A stretch of 63,898 nt of DNA, filler included, from Psammoneis japonica (lineage: Eukaryota), in the NCBI GenBank assembly GCA_008632985.1. It is 4 parts of 4 records of this genome, joined end to end, with 100 filler letters (N's around TTAATTAATTAA, not from the genome) between each part and the next. Parts side by side here need not be neighbours in the genome. Positions count along the whole stretch, not along the records: positions 20,134 to 38,202 come from QPGO01000472.1; 3 more parts are not named here. One strand, written 5' to 3'. Position numbers and translations under genes: made by a program. Shown one piece after another: positions 23,232-33,787 of the stretch (positions are counted from its first letter, which is position 1; the number at the start of each line of letters is the position of its first letter). The notes beneath the pieces are model-generated. The model was not told where the DNA came from and made no database searches. It was given only the letters and a program-made list of their open reading frames with translations.

Positions 23232-26059
23232 ATGTGCGGAATTGCTGTAACAATCGATCTGCCTCATGATGGTGGTGGATCCTTGCAACAACAACAAGAT
23301 GGAATCAAACTTACTGAGGAAATGGTGAAAAGGCTCCGTCCTCGGGGACCTGACGACGCTTCTATTTTGCGCATTGGACCCGCCGTGAATAACGAAGGAC
23401 CCGAGGTGATTCTCGGTCATGCTCGTCTGGCCATTGTGGGCGGCGCGGAGGTCCATTTTCCTCTGGCGTGGTCAACTGGGTGGACCAATAAGATGGCTCT
23501 TGTTCACAATGGAGAGACGTATAATTACAAAGAGTTAAAGAAATATTTGATGGAGGAGGGGCTCTGTGCGCCGGAAAATTTCAAGACGGAGTGCGACAGT
23601 GAGGTTTTGCGCGCTTGTTGTGCAACAAAGGGTATTGAATGGACTCTTGGTAAAATTCGAGGAATGTTTGCGTTTGTTCTGGTCGAGTGGTCCGAAGGCG
23701 AAGATTCCCGTGATGATTTTGAAATTAAACGCATTGTTGCGGCAAGAGATACGTTTGGTATAAAGCCTCTATGTTGCGCTTTTGATCCAAGCAAGAGACG
23801 CATCGTCCTTGCTTCTCAGGTCTCCGCCATACCTCCGCGTGCTTTCAACGACGACGACGTTCAGGTCAAGGACATACTTCCTGGGAATTACGTTGAGTAT
23901 GCATTTCACAAGGATCACGAGTTGAAATGGAGCTACTCCTACGCGACTAGTCCATTTGTTTCAAAGGATTTTAATTCGAAAAACATCGTTTCTGGTCGTC
24001 GGATCGAGGGCATATCTGATTTGCTCTCCTACAAGGACAAAAGCTCTCTTGACTCTCTACGAGAAAGGCTAATTGATGCTGTAAGGTGCCGCATTCCACC
24101 CATTGGAACCGTCAAGGTTGCTGTGTTGCTATCTGGTGGACTAGACTCGAGTCTAATTACATCGATTGCTTCTGGACTTGTGGGTGACAACAAGCTATAC
24201 ACATTCAACGTGAGCTTCAAAGATGCCATTGGAACGGATCAAGAATACGCTAGAATGATGCAGAGCCATTTACCCAACGTTCATCACGAGGAAGTCACCT
24301 TCTCTTTTGAAGAAGGATTGGAGGTTCTGCCGCAAGTGATTGAATGTTTGGAAACATACGATGCTGTCAGCGTGCGAGCCGGGGTTCCGCTTTATCTACT
24401 ATCCAAGCACATTCGATCCCTTGGTTTCAAGGTTGTGCTCTGTGGAGAAGGCGCGGATGAAGTATTTGCCGGGTATCGCCTCTTTGAAGCCTATCAACCC
24501 TCGAACAAAGAGGACGTGGCAGCATTTGGCCAAGAACTATGCCGTCGCCTTGAGAATATCGACACGTCTGAGCTGCAACGAGTTGATCGGTGTACGAGCG
24601 CCCATGGCTTGGAGGCACGAGTTCCGTTCTTGGATATCCCGTTTGTTTCTACTGCCATGCAGTTCAAAACAATAGAGGTGAGAGAAATGAATAGAGATGT
24701 GATTTCATGGTTGTCTGTGAAACGTACCTCACATTTTCTGTTTCCGTCATGAAGAAAATGAGTCATATAAGTCTTGGCCGCATCCAGAAGTATATTTTGC
24801 GCCTGGCGTTCAATACGAAACCAACGGATGCTAGCAATCGTGGCGACTTACCAACATCATGGTTGCCACATTCCGTTCTTTTCAGAGAAAAGGAACAGCT
24901 AGCGGATGGCATCGGAAGAGGATGGATCGAATCGATACAGAAGTATGCTGTCGAATCTGAAGGCATCGAGGACAGAGAGTTAGCCGAGAAGGAGTTATAC
25001 AGGCGAATATTCGAGCAAGGTAAAGGTAGCGCATGTGATCTGATTAATTGCGATACCCGACTTGACCTGGTCAGGGAGCGTCAGCAACGACGACAGCACG
25101 GATGGCCACGTAGGTCGAAAGTCTGCACCGGGTTGCCGCAACACAGTCGTTGGTATCCTGCATCAAATGATACAGATATCGAGGGCATAGGATTGATGGA
25201 TCAAGATGTTGATCATTTTCTATCAAATGTTCTAGGTTGGCCGAATCATGCCTGCGAGCCAACACTGGATACATTGAATCGGCTTATTGTTTCAATGCTG
25301 GAGCGCGTCCCCTTCCACAATCTAACGCTGTTGCTGCGCGAGAGGCGCCCCCCTACAAGCGAAGAGATCAAGCAAGACATGATGTCTGGTCTAGGGGGTC
25401 CGTGCTCAGTCGTAAATACGTTTTTCGCTGCTCTTTTAGTCAAGATTGGCTATGGCTCGAACGTATACATGTTGAGTTGTCACATTAATGGGCGTGACGA
25501 CTGCCACGTTGCTCTTCTCGTTCAAATCGACGGGCTTCGTTACTTTGTTGACGTGGCGAATGCAAAGCCATATGATAGGGCCATCCACCTTGCCGATTCA
25601 TCTGCGCAAAAGTCTTTAAATAATTCATTTGACTGGAATCTTTCATTTGATTCAAGTGCGGGACGCATTGAATTGTTGCATTTTGGCAAGATGGCTTTGT
25701 CGTTTGACCCCACCAGAACAGCGCGCTTTCGATCATTTCGTGAAATGATAAAGAGGTCACGGAATGATCCTTCATTCGGTCCGTTTCTCACTGGCCTTCG
25801 CTTCTGCATATACGGTAAGAACGTAACCGAGATCAAGGCGGTTCGAGACATTCGTGTGTACGACGGCACATCCACACGGGACACGAGATGTGTTTCAACC
25901 AAAAGCGAGATACGACGCTTTGCAGAAGAGAACTTCTACCACATTTGTTCATTTCCATCACTTGTTTCCGAAGCTCTAGCTACACTTGACAAGGAGTGCC
26001 CGGACTGGTTCGAAAGAGCTATAGCGAAAGAGAATGAAAGGTTGACTACCGGTAGTTAG
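23232..26059 (+). CDS. Asparagine synthetase B-like amidotransferase fused to an arylamine N-acetyltransferase domain; exons 23232-24677 and 24755-26059, ~916 aa
   Basis: MCGI, RGPD, GHARLAIV, HNGETYN, LLSGGLDSS, GEGADEVFAGY and LEARVPFLD; a 77-nt phase-0 intron GTGAGA...CTCAC...GAAG joins in frame to KMSHISLGRIQKYILRLAF; C-terminal VPFHNL, GGPC, HVALLV and YFVDV give the NAT Cys-His-Asp triad. Confidence 0.88.
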
Positions 26060-26459
26060 ATAGCACATACTTTTGAAAATAGCGCGAAGAAGATATTACT
26101 ATCCTCTGCCTAGAACATTACGGTATTGCACTTGCTCTTCGCATTCTGTTGCACGTGCTAGAGCAAAAACGTTAGCACCTACCAGTAAAACAATATTTGA
26201 TGCCGCTGTAGAGATTGCTTTGCATGTGGGAGAGAGTTTTTTCTCATTGATTCTCTTGTCAAATAATGCATTGCGTGACACTGTGAGCTGCGCGGCGAGG
26301 GGGGCGTCTACTTTCAAGATGGGAAGTGCCAAAGTTGAGCTACTACTAGAGGGACTGTCAATGCTGTTTGAATTTATCTGTGAGATTTAACGAATCATTA
26401 CAATTTGCGCCACCAACCTCTAGTCAAGTAGAACGCACGTCACGTTCAACTTCAACGTA

Positions 26460-29400
26460 TCACCCTTGTTCTTGTCGCAGTCCGGTGTGACCCATTAGCT
26501 CTTCTTTCTCCCGCAAGTATTGACTGTTTTCTAGAGTTGGTATTGTGCCCATTCGGGCAGTTTTCAGCCCCGCCTCCTTATACATCTCTTCCACCGAGGC
26601 GATCTTCTTTGGGTTGTTTGTGTATAACAATATGGCGTCAAAGCGGACCTCAAGGTAATCTCGCAAGAATTTTACAGCAGCATGATAAAGTCTCTCATCA
26701 TCCTTGCAACCTTCCTGTATAAGTGCTTCGATATGCGTGATGGAGCCCTTATCCTTGCAGTCGAGCGTGTAATATGCTTTAATCTTGTGGAACAGACCCG
26801 CGCCGCGTCCTTCGTGACCCTTTATATACAGAAGCACAGCGTGCGATGACTTATCCATTATCTCAATAAACCGTGACTTCTGTTCGCCACAGTCACACTT
26901 TTTGGAATAGAAGATATCTCCGGTAAGGCATTCACTGTGGATTCGTACCTTTACCGTCTTCGCCTCATTGAGCTTCTCACCTTTCACCAACGCCACGACT
27001 TGCACTGAAAGGTCGCCTTCCGGAATCTCCTCGGTTACATAAAGCTGCGCAACGAGTTTTTTGCAGGGTAAAATCGTCGAGGCAACCCGCCAAGGAAAGG
27101 GCGCGTTCGCCGCCACTCCATTCTGCTGTGCCCAACTGCCACGATTATCGATCCTCGATGCAGGCCCGTGATCGCACGCGCAATCCAAAGCACCACATTC
27201 GTCACACGATATACTCTTTGACTTCCCAACACCAGAAGAGCCAAATTGGGTATTAAGGACATCCGCTGCTTCACTGACACTCTTCGGAAAACTCCACTTA
27301 AAGCCTACATCCTCCGAGATTTCCTTGGTTAAAATGTTAGGCTGAGGAGCTGCAAAGTCGGTCGGATTGGGTTCAAACGACTCAAGTTTATCAAACTCGC
27401 GGTCCACCACGTCGAATACCTCTCTCTCCCATTGAGCTTCGTCAACTACCCCCTCTAAAGGTTGGATGAGTGCCTTTTTCACCACACCACAACAGTAAGG
27501 CCGAGAACACAAAGTCCTGAGTAGACCGTGAACTCTGGAGAGCCAAAGCTTCAATTCAAGCACAGCTTTGTCCTTGAAGACTCGTTGAGTATCCTTGTCG
27601 CGGCAGAGGACGGCACCAAGGACCTCCTGGACCATAATGTTCCTCATGGCGGACGCCTTCGGAACACGGTCAAATGAGTTATCATGGTAGACAAAAAGAC
27701 GAGAGTTGACTTCAATCGTCTTGCTTGTATATTTTCTGATCTCTTTACACCAGAACGAATCAGATCGACGACTGTGGATGGTTTTGTCGCCGGCCAGGGT
27801 AATGACAGGAGCATCTTGTTCAACGGCCAAGACATCAAAGGAAGTATCGTCTTTCTTGATAAGGACGAGACACCCACCGCGTTGTAGAGTCAAACCCGAC
27901 TCAGGGGGGATCACATCGCGTGCAAATGGCGTCCCAATTAGAATCTCATTCAAAAGCGTGCGCAGCATATCTTGGCTATTGAACGGAGTCCCCTTGGTCC
28001 AATCAAGCCCATAGGAAAATACAGGAGTCTCAAGATGATTTGTTCGGGAACTACTCTTGTCATAGTACCAGTCGAATTTGTCTTCAAAAACATCGATGGA
28101 TTGACAGAATCGAAAAAGTTCATCCACTTCGTCATCTCCTCCATCGATAAAAGAATCCTCTGATTTAAGATGCTGTAAATCAAAGGCGTACACGATGTCG
28201 CGGAGATTGGTTCGGAGAGATAGGAGTGAGGGGTTGGGTGGAGTCCTCAGGTCTCTACCGATCTGGATATCAGCAACCGCACGATTACCATCAGCTAGGA
28301 ATGGCGACCAGCCCATCGGTAGGCGCTTATCGTCGTCAAGAATGACTACTGCATTCACGCCGCGAAGCTCTCTTGCAAGTTTTGAGATGAAGACCTGAAG
28401 GACCGTTCGACTTTGACAGATTGGTAACGGAATATTCACCTTGTCCTTTGAAGTGAAGCTGTTGCAGCGGCTCAAAATATCCCACACAACACTGTTTGAT
28501 CCATCGATGACGTAAGCGCGAAGGCCTTGCTCTTTGAGCGCATCTCGCACCAGCCCTGGAAAGGACCGGTCATCATTGTTGGCAAAGACAACGACAAAGG
28601 CACGGAAATCGCAGCGAGAACTCTCCGATGCTCTTCCAAGGTCCTTCAGAAGGGGATTGATTCGATGCATGTCGCCCGTAATGATGCCAAAGATAACATC
28701 CTTTTTCTCCTTCGCCTCGGATGTTTCGAGAGATGAGAGCAAAGCCTCTGAACCTCGATTGAGCTTCAACTTGTCTCCTGACCACGACAGAAGCGGTCCT
28801 GTTTCAGCCTTTGGTTGGTCGTCATGAGGAACTTCCTTTGCGAGAAACTCGCTCTCGTTGCAATCAAACCGTTCCACTGCCCGGCGCTTGAATGCCGCCC
28901 TTTGAGCGGCGCTCATACGAGGAGCATGCTTGTAATAAAAGATCTTGAGACCCTCAATCTTGGCGGGCGATCCACGAGTCGAGACTCGGTCATGCGTTCC
29001 GGCGTGATGGATGACGGTGTACGTTTCGGTGGACGCAAAGGCAGAGTCAGGGTCGGCTTGGAGGAGGTCTGAGAGACTGATACAGAGATCTCGATCGGTA
29101 GTGCTTGGGAGTCTCTCGTCAAACATCCCGGCTTCGACCAGAGCACCGCACTTGACAAACAAGTTTGAGCCTTGGACACCGGGATTGGTGGTGAAGAAAT
29201 CTTGAGCACATGGCTTTTTCACCGGGATCGGTTCCTTGTGGTCCTCATCGTTGCTTCTCCTGCGAATGATACCCGACACAACCCACTTGCAGCAGTCGTC
29301 TCCACGGCGCTCTGACGCATCGAGACAGGCTCGGACGTGATTGTCCGCCCACTCATCATCGTCGTCAAGGATGGCGACCCAACACTTCTTGCCGTACACC

Positions 29401-29714
29401 TTGAATGCTTCAACAATGCCAGTGTTCCACGCACCGGTCCCAGACATGTGCCTAGTACGGGAGTTGTGCAAGAAGAAGACCTTGTCTTGATGTACGCCTT
29501 GAAAGCAAGACCGAATCATGTCTTGAGAAAGCGTCTCGGTCTCCTTGTCGTTGTCCGACACAACCACCACACGATCAATCTCGTTCATCTGCCTCTGCAC
29601 GGACGCCAGTGCGCGATTCAGAAGAAAATCTACCCTGTCCTTTCCACACGTTGCGATCACGACTACAACCGGATCATGCCAATCTTGGGCAGGTTTAGAG
29701 GCTACCACGCCCAT
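26460..29714 (-). CDS. GT2-family glycosyltransferase fused to a C-terminal GTP cyclohydrolase II (RibA-like) domain, 1084 aa
   Basis: N-terminal VVIATC..R...L.RALASV..Q, TGAWNTG, AILDDDDEW and GMFDERL; a second ILDDD motif centrally; C-terminal VRIHSECLTGDIFYSKKCDCG, HEGRGAGL, DERLY, TNNPKK and YLREKEELMGH. Single uninterrupted ORF. Confidence 0.9.
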   Translation of the reverse strand: MGVVASKPAQDWHDPVVVVIATCGKDRVDFLLNRALASVQRQMNEIDRVVVVSDNDKETETLSQDMIRSCFQGVHQDKVFFLHNSRTRHMSGTGAWNTGIVEAFKVYGKKCWVAILDDDDEWADNHVRACLDASERRGDDCCKWVVSGIIRRRSNDEDHKEPIPVKKPCAQDFFTTNPGVQGSNLFVKCGALVEAGMFDERLPSTTDRDLCISLSDLLQADPDSAFASTETYTVIHHAGTHDRVSTRGSPAKIEGLKIFYYKHAPRMSAAQRAAFKRRAVERFDCNESEFLAKEVPHDDQPKAETGPLLSWSGDKLKLNRGSEALLSSLETSEAKEKKDVIFGIITGDMHRINPLLKDLGRASESSRCDFRAFVVVFANNDDRSFPGLVRDALKEQGLRAYVIDGSNSVVWDILSRCNSFTSKDKVNIPLPICQSRTVLQVFISKLARELRGVNAVVILDDDKRLPMGWSPFLADGNRAVADIQIGRDLRTPPNPSLLSLRTNLRDIVYAFDLQHLKSEDSFIDGGDDEVDELFRFCQSIDVFEDKFDWYYDKSSSRTNHLETPVFSYGLDWTKGTPFNSQDMLRTLLNEILIGTPFARDVIPPESGLTLQRGGCLVLIKKDDTSFDVLAVEQDAPVITLAGDKTIHSRRSDSFWCKEIRKYTSKTIEVNSRLFVYHDNSFDRVPKASAMRNIMVQEVLGAVLCRDKDTQRVFKDKAVLELKLWLSRVHGLLRTLCSRPYCCGVVKKALIQPLEGVVDEAQWEREVFDVVDREFDKLESFEPNPTDFAAPQPNILTKEISEDVGFKWSFPKSVSEAADVLNTQFGSSGVGKSKSISCDECGALDCACDHGPASRIDNRGSWAQQNGVAANAPFPWRVASTILPCKKLVAQLYVTEEIPEGDLSVQVVALVKGEKLNEAKTVKVRIHSECLTGDIFYSKKCDCGEQKSRFIEIMDKSSHAVLLYIKGHEGRGAGLFHKIKAYYTLDCKDKGSITHIEALIQEGCKDDERLYHAAVKFLRDYLEVRFDAILLYTNNPKKIASVEEMYKEAGLKTARMGTIPTLENSQYLREKEELMGHTGLRQEQG

Positions 29715-30852
29715 GATACTTCAGCAACGCAAAAAGCTTCAACTCGCACAAGTCAAACAGTCCAGGAAATGCCACCCTTACAACTCAGGAGAGCAGGAAG
29801 GCAGGTCACCGAAACTCTTGTGGAAAAAGAGTGAAGGAATGGATATTTGGAGAAGAATTTCGCACAAAGAATCGAATTCTTGTCCCTTGTAGTATCTTTT
29901 GTAATTCAAGTTGCGAAAATTTCAAAATCATAGTACCCGCGCCGTACTTGGCAGATGCACTCGCCCGTCGGCCGGCCAAGGACTTGACAGACACAACATG
30001 CATCTCTTCCTCTCTTCTTCATTGGTCACCCACAGGGCCATGCAACCCACGTTTTTTTTTTGAGCCTATCCCGCATCACGCACACAACATATACCAAGAA
30101 TATGCGCTCTCACTTCGTCACGCACCCCTTTGTGATGCTTGCGCAAGATTCCCAAACTCCACGAGTGACAGCGTTTTTCTGTCAAAAATTCAGAATCAGC
30201 GCAAATATCGGGGTCCATCCCACCGCAACGATTATGGCACTTTGAAAGAGAGGACATGAGGAGGCAAAACGTGTTTGAGGAGCACAAAGCACAAACCGCT
30301 GCGGCGAAGGCAGAAGCAAATCCAAGCGGAAAATAAGCGCTTGAGGTTGGGAACTTTGTGCGTGATTCTGTGGCGAAGGCATGCTAGAAACTGTGGAAAG
30401 AGCGGTGACTACAGTCCGCTTGCTTTTGACTCTGCTATGCGACGGCTCTTGCCTCTTTCCCATGGTCGACTCGATCATTGTGATGGCGCAAACATCATGA
30501 AGAATCATCCATCTTGAATCTGAACGTCCAGACGACGGCGTCCAGACGATAATTTGTAAAAATCACAAGCGCCCGAAAACGAAATTGAGTATTTGGAATC
30601 AGGAATCTAAGAACTAAATTCTCTATTTTCTCCATGTTTTTCCAATTTCTCCTGCAATTTTTCGAAATTTCAGTCAATACGCGGATGCTGCGTGAGATTT
30701 GTACTGAATCCTACGTGGAACACACGAACTCTCAACACAACAACAACAACGAAGCATAACAAGCAGCAGACTCTTATTGACGTCGTTTGAGTTCCTTTTA
30801 TCCTTCTCTCTGTCCTTAAAAAGGTCGACACAGCCTCTCTCTTATTGTCGTC

Positions 30853-31353
30853 ATGTCTTCCAATAGTCAAGAAGAAGAAATGAGCGAACCGCTTCAGGCA
30901 AAGCCTACTACTCGAGCACCCTTGCAGGGTTCGCTGTTGGAACGAATTCAGCGACAGCGGGAACGCGAAGCTTCCGTGGCATCGTCATCGGCTGCATCGT
31001 CTGCGGCAACTAACAGTGAGAATCTTGGCAATAGTGTCGAGTTGCAAACGGCACCCATGCAACAGCAGCAGCCTCCCAACTACAGTCCCGTCGATACAAG
31101 TCACGATGCTGCCACCATGGGTGCCGCCGAACAAGACAATTCATCGTCGTGGCTTGGATCTCGATTTCAAGTCGCAGATGGCTCTACAGAATCACTCTTG
31201 GGAGCATCGGAAGGAGAACAGCAAGGATATACCATGATGGGATATTTTCAAACCTTTGTTCAGGACGTCTATGGTGGTTTCAGATCCTTACCCATTTGGG
31301 CGCAGGCGATTTTGGTGTTGGTGCTCTTGATTATTGCCATCAAGCTCTTATAG
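30853..31353 (+). CDS. Small protein with low-complexity N-terminus and C-terminal transmembrane helix (tail-anchored-like), function unknown
   Basis: 166-aa ORF with normal composition ending in WAQAILVLVLLIIAIKLL-stop, followed by an AT-rich 3' region. Confidence 0.7.
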   Translation: MSSNSQEEEMSEPLQAKPTTRAPLQGSLLERIQRQREREASVASSSAASSAATNSENLGNSVELQTAPMQQQQPPNYSPVDTSHDAATMGAAEQDNSSSWLGSRFQVADGSTESLLGASEGEQQGYTMMGYFQTFVQDVYGGFRSLPIWAQAILVLVLLIIAIKLL

Positions 31354-31619
31354 TAATTTTGATTTTATGCGTAATGATTTAGGAATATTATTTTTTGTGT
31401 GAGTAGAGACAATGGATTACAAGAACTAGAAAGCTCACAGATTCGCAACTTTTCAGTTGATGAGTGAACATGAGAGTGGATGACCCAAATCTCTAACCAG
31501 GGGAAAAAGTCCTCACTTTGTGCTGTACCATTTAGTTTACACTCGTTATAAAAGATTCAGCACAGCCAATGTTGACATGAAAGTAGTACCAACAGCAAAT
31601 GACAGGACGTGAGTAGCAG

Positions 31620-33787
31620 CTCCTGAACTGTCGTCGTCACCTTGACATGTGTTGGCGGTCTGGCTGCCACTGGCCGTGAAGCAGCACTCCTTGGCAATCA
31701 CACGCCTGTTTAAGCTCCAAACAAGTGTTGCCCATTGTTGTACATGTGGCAATGACCCACAAGTCACACGTGGCTGGCATTGATTGCTCCTGCTGCCCTG
31801 GATGAATTGAAACAACAGAACACAAGCTTGTGAGTCAAAAATCAGTCGAAGAAGAAGGAACAGCTGTTGGGGTGGTTGTTGGATTTAACAAAAACAAGGG
31901 CAAAATCAAGGGCAGCAGGACTCAAAAACCCAGAGGAGGGAGAGGATGATGAAGACAGTGATTTGAGTGCTGCAGGAACAGTCAAACACAATGACACACA
32001 GACAGAGAAGAGCTGATGGAGATGACATTCACGCACGTGTTCACATCACCAGCTTGACCTGTCAAACCACACAACCCAAACTCAGAACTGCCAAGGCCAA
32101 ATGACATGCCTGTGCTGGCAAAGGTGTCTAGAATCCATTCATTGGTGCAGTCAAAGATGCAGCAGCTCTGTCATCAACAGACTTTGTGCAGCTGTGATCA
32201 TGTGAACAAAAATTCTCACACTCACACACACTTGCACCCCATTGCCAGCACCAAAGCCCTGAGTGGTTTGTGTGCTGACATTGTCTCCAACAACAGCACA
32301 TGGACATGATCTTGATCCAGACCACTTGCCTGCATGGTGCTTAAAGGAGCCAAGCATGTGTGTGGTGCAACAGAAAAAGAACAAGAGTCTGCCACAAGTC
32401 AAAACAAACTCATTGAGTGTGGCCACTGTGTGCTTGTTGGAAGTCAAGCAGAAAAAGAACAAGGGCCTGTGCAAGCCAAGAAGCCAAAACCATTTTTTTG
32501 CAAGGCCCCTGCACTTGTTGGAAGCCAAACTTGTGCCCATCTGTGCGCTGGGCTCTGGCCAGCCCCCAACTTGTTGACAACCCCGTTGTCATGCTTGGTG
32601 GTGTGCTGAAGCAAGTCATCATTGTCTCAGTGCCAAAAATCAACAATGGTGGAACCCACAACTGCCATGGTCGGCAACGCAGAACCTGCCACCCATTGCC
32701 CATTGGCACCAATTCTAACAATTTCAGTGCAGTGCTCAGAGGCACAGGCAATGGGGAGACAGCAAGGTTGAGCATGTTGCTGCTCTGGAATGCCCCCTCC
32801 CTCTCAACAGACTTGGTTGCTGCCAACTTTGAAAAGATTCTCCGATGTTCAGTGCAAGCTGTTGCTTGGTTGTAAATTGACTTGAGTCAGTGGCACTCTG
32901 TGAGGAATGCACCATTGCAAACAAACAAAAAAAGACAAGGTCAGGCAAAACTGCAAATCTCATGATGCACACCTGATCCTTGATTTGTGTGAATGGCTTG
33001 CATCCAGTGAGAACAAATTCAAATGAAAGGCATCTGCTGCCACTGTTTAGCCTGCCAGCCCCCCAACAGGGAATGGCTGCATTGGCACATGGAAAACAGG
33101 AGTTTGTGATTCCGTGGGAGCCAGGCCAGTGCTGCACAACTTCCCATCACAAAGTTGTGGCCCGCCTCTGCTGATGCAATGGCAAAAGCAGCAGCGGCAA
33201 AGAAGTTTCTGCTCTGCAGGCTAGAGTGTAAGTTGAGGAGGCCAAAAGACAAGCTGTTGGCACCACACAAACAGGTGGGCATGTGTGAAAGAGAAACACT
33301 TGAGCAGGCTTGAGTTCCTCAAAAGCTGTGACAAGACAACGCGTCATTGATGTGCCAGGGTGAAAATCAGGAAGAGTGCAGACAGCCATCTCAAGAACCA
33401 GAGTTGAGCCTCAAGCTTTGCCACAAGCCTCTGCAGTTGCTGGCAGATGACTCTGAGCTTGGCCAGAGTTCCAACAAGAAGCGCTGTTGTTGAGAAGACA
33501 TTTTCTGCGCACGAGCCACAAAAACTGAGAGAGCCACCCCAAAAAAGCTCTTGCTGCTTCAATTTGCCAGAACCAGAACTCAAAACCATGGTGCAAATCA
33601 ATGTGCTTGGCAACTTGCTTGCAGGAAAGACCACAAAGAATCAGATGCATGACAAAAAGGAGAGACACGACTGACACACCCCCACGTGCGGCAAACGTCA
33701 AATGTGATGTTTGGTTCAATCAGCAACCTGGGCCTGGTGAACCCGGAGGTGCAGAGTGCCACTGTAACACTGCACTGGCAGGGCCCT
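31620..33787. mobile_element. Degenerate repeat island between genes, TpA- and CpG-poor; family not identified
   Basis: Abrupt compositional switch to TG/CA-rich sequence with many overlapping Cys/His-rich spurious ORFs; no convincing motif recognised. Confidence 0.5.
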
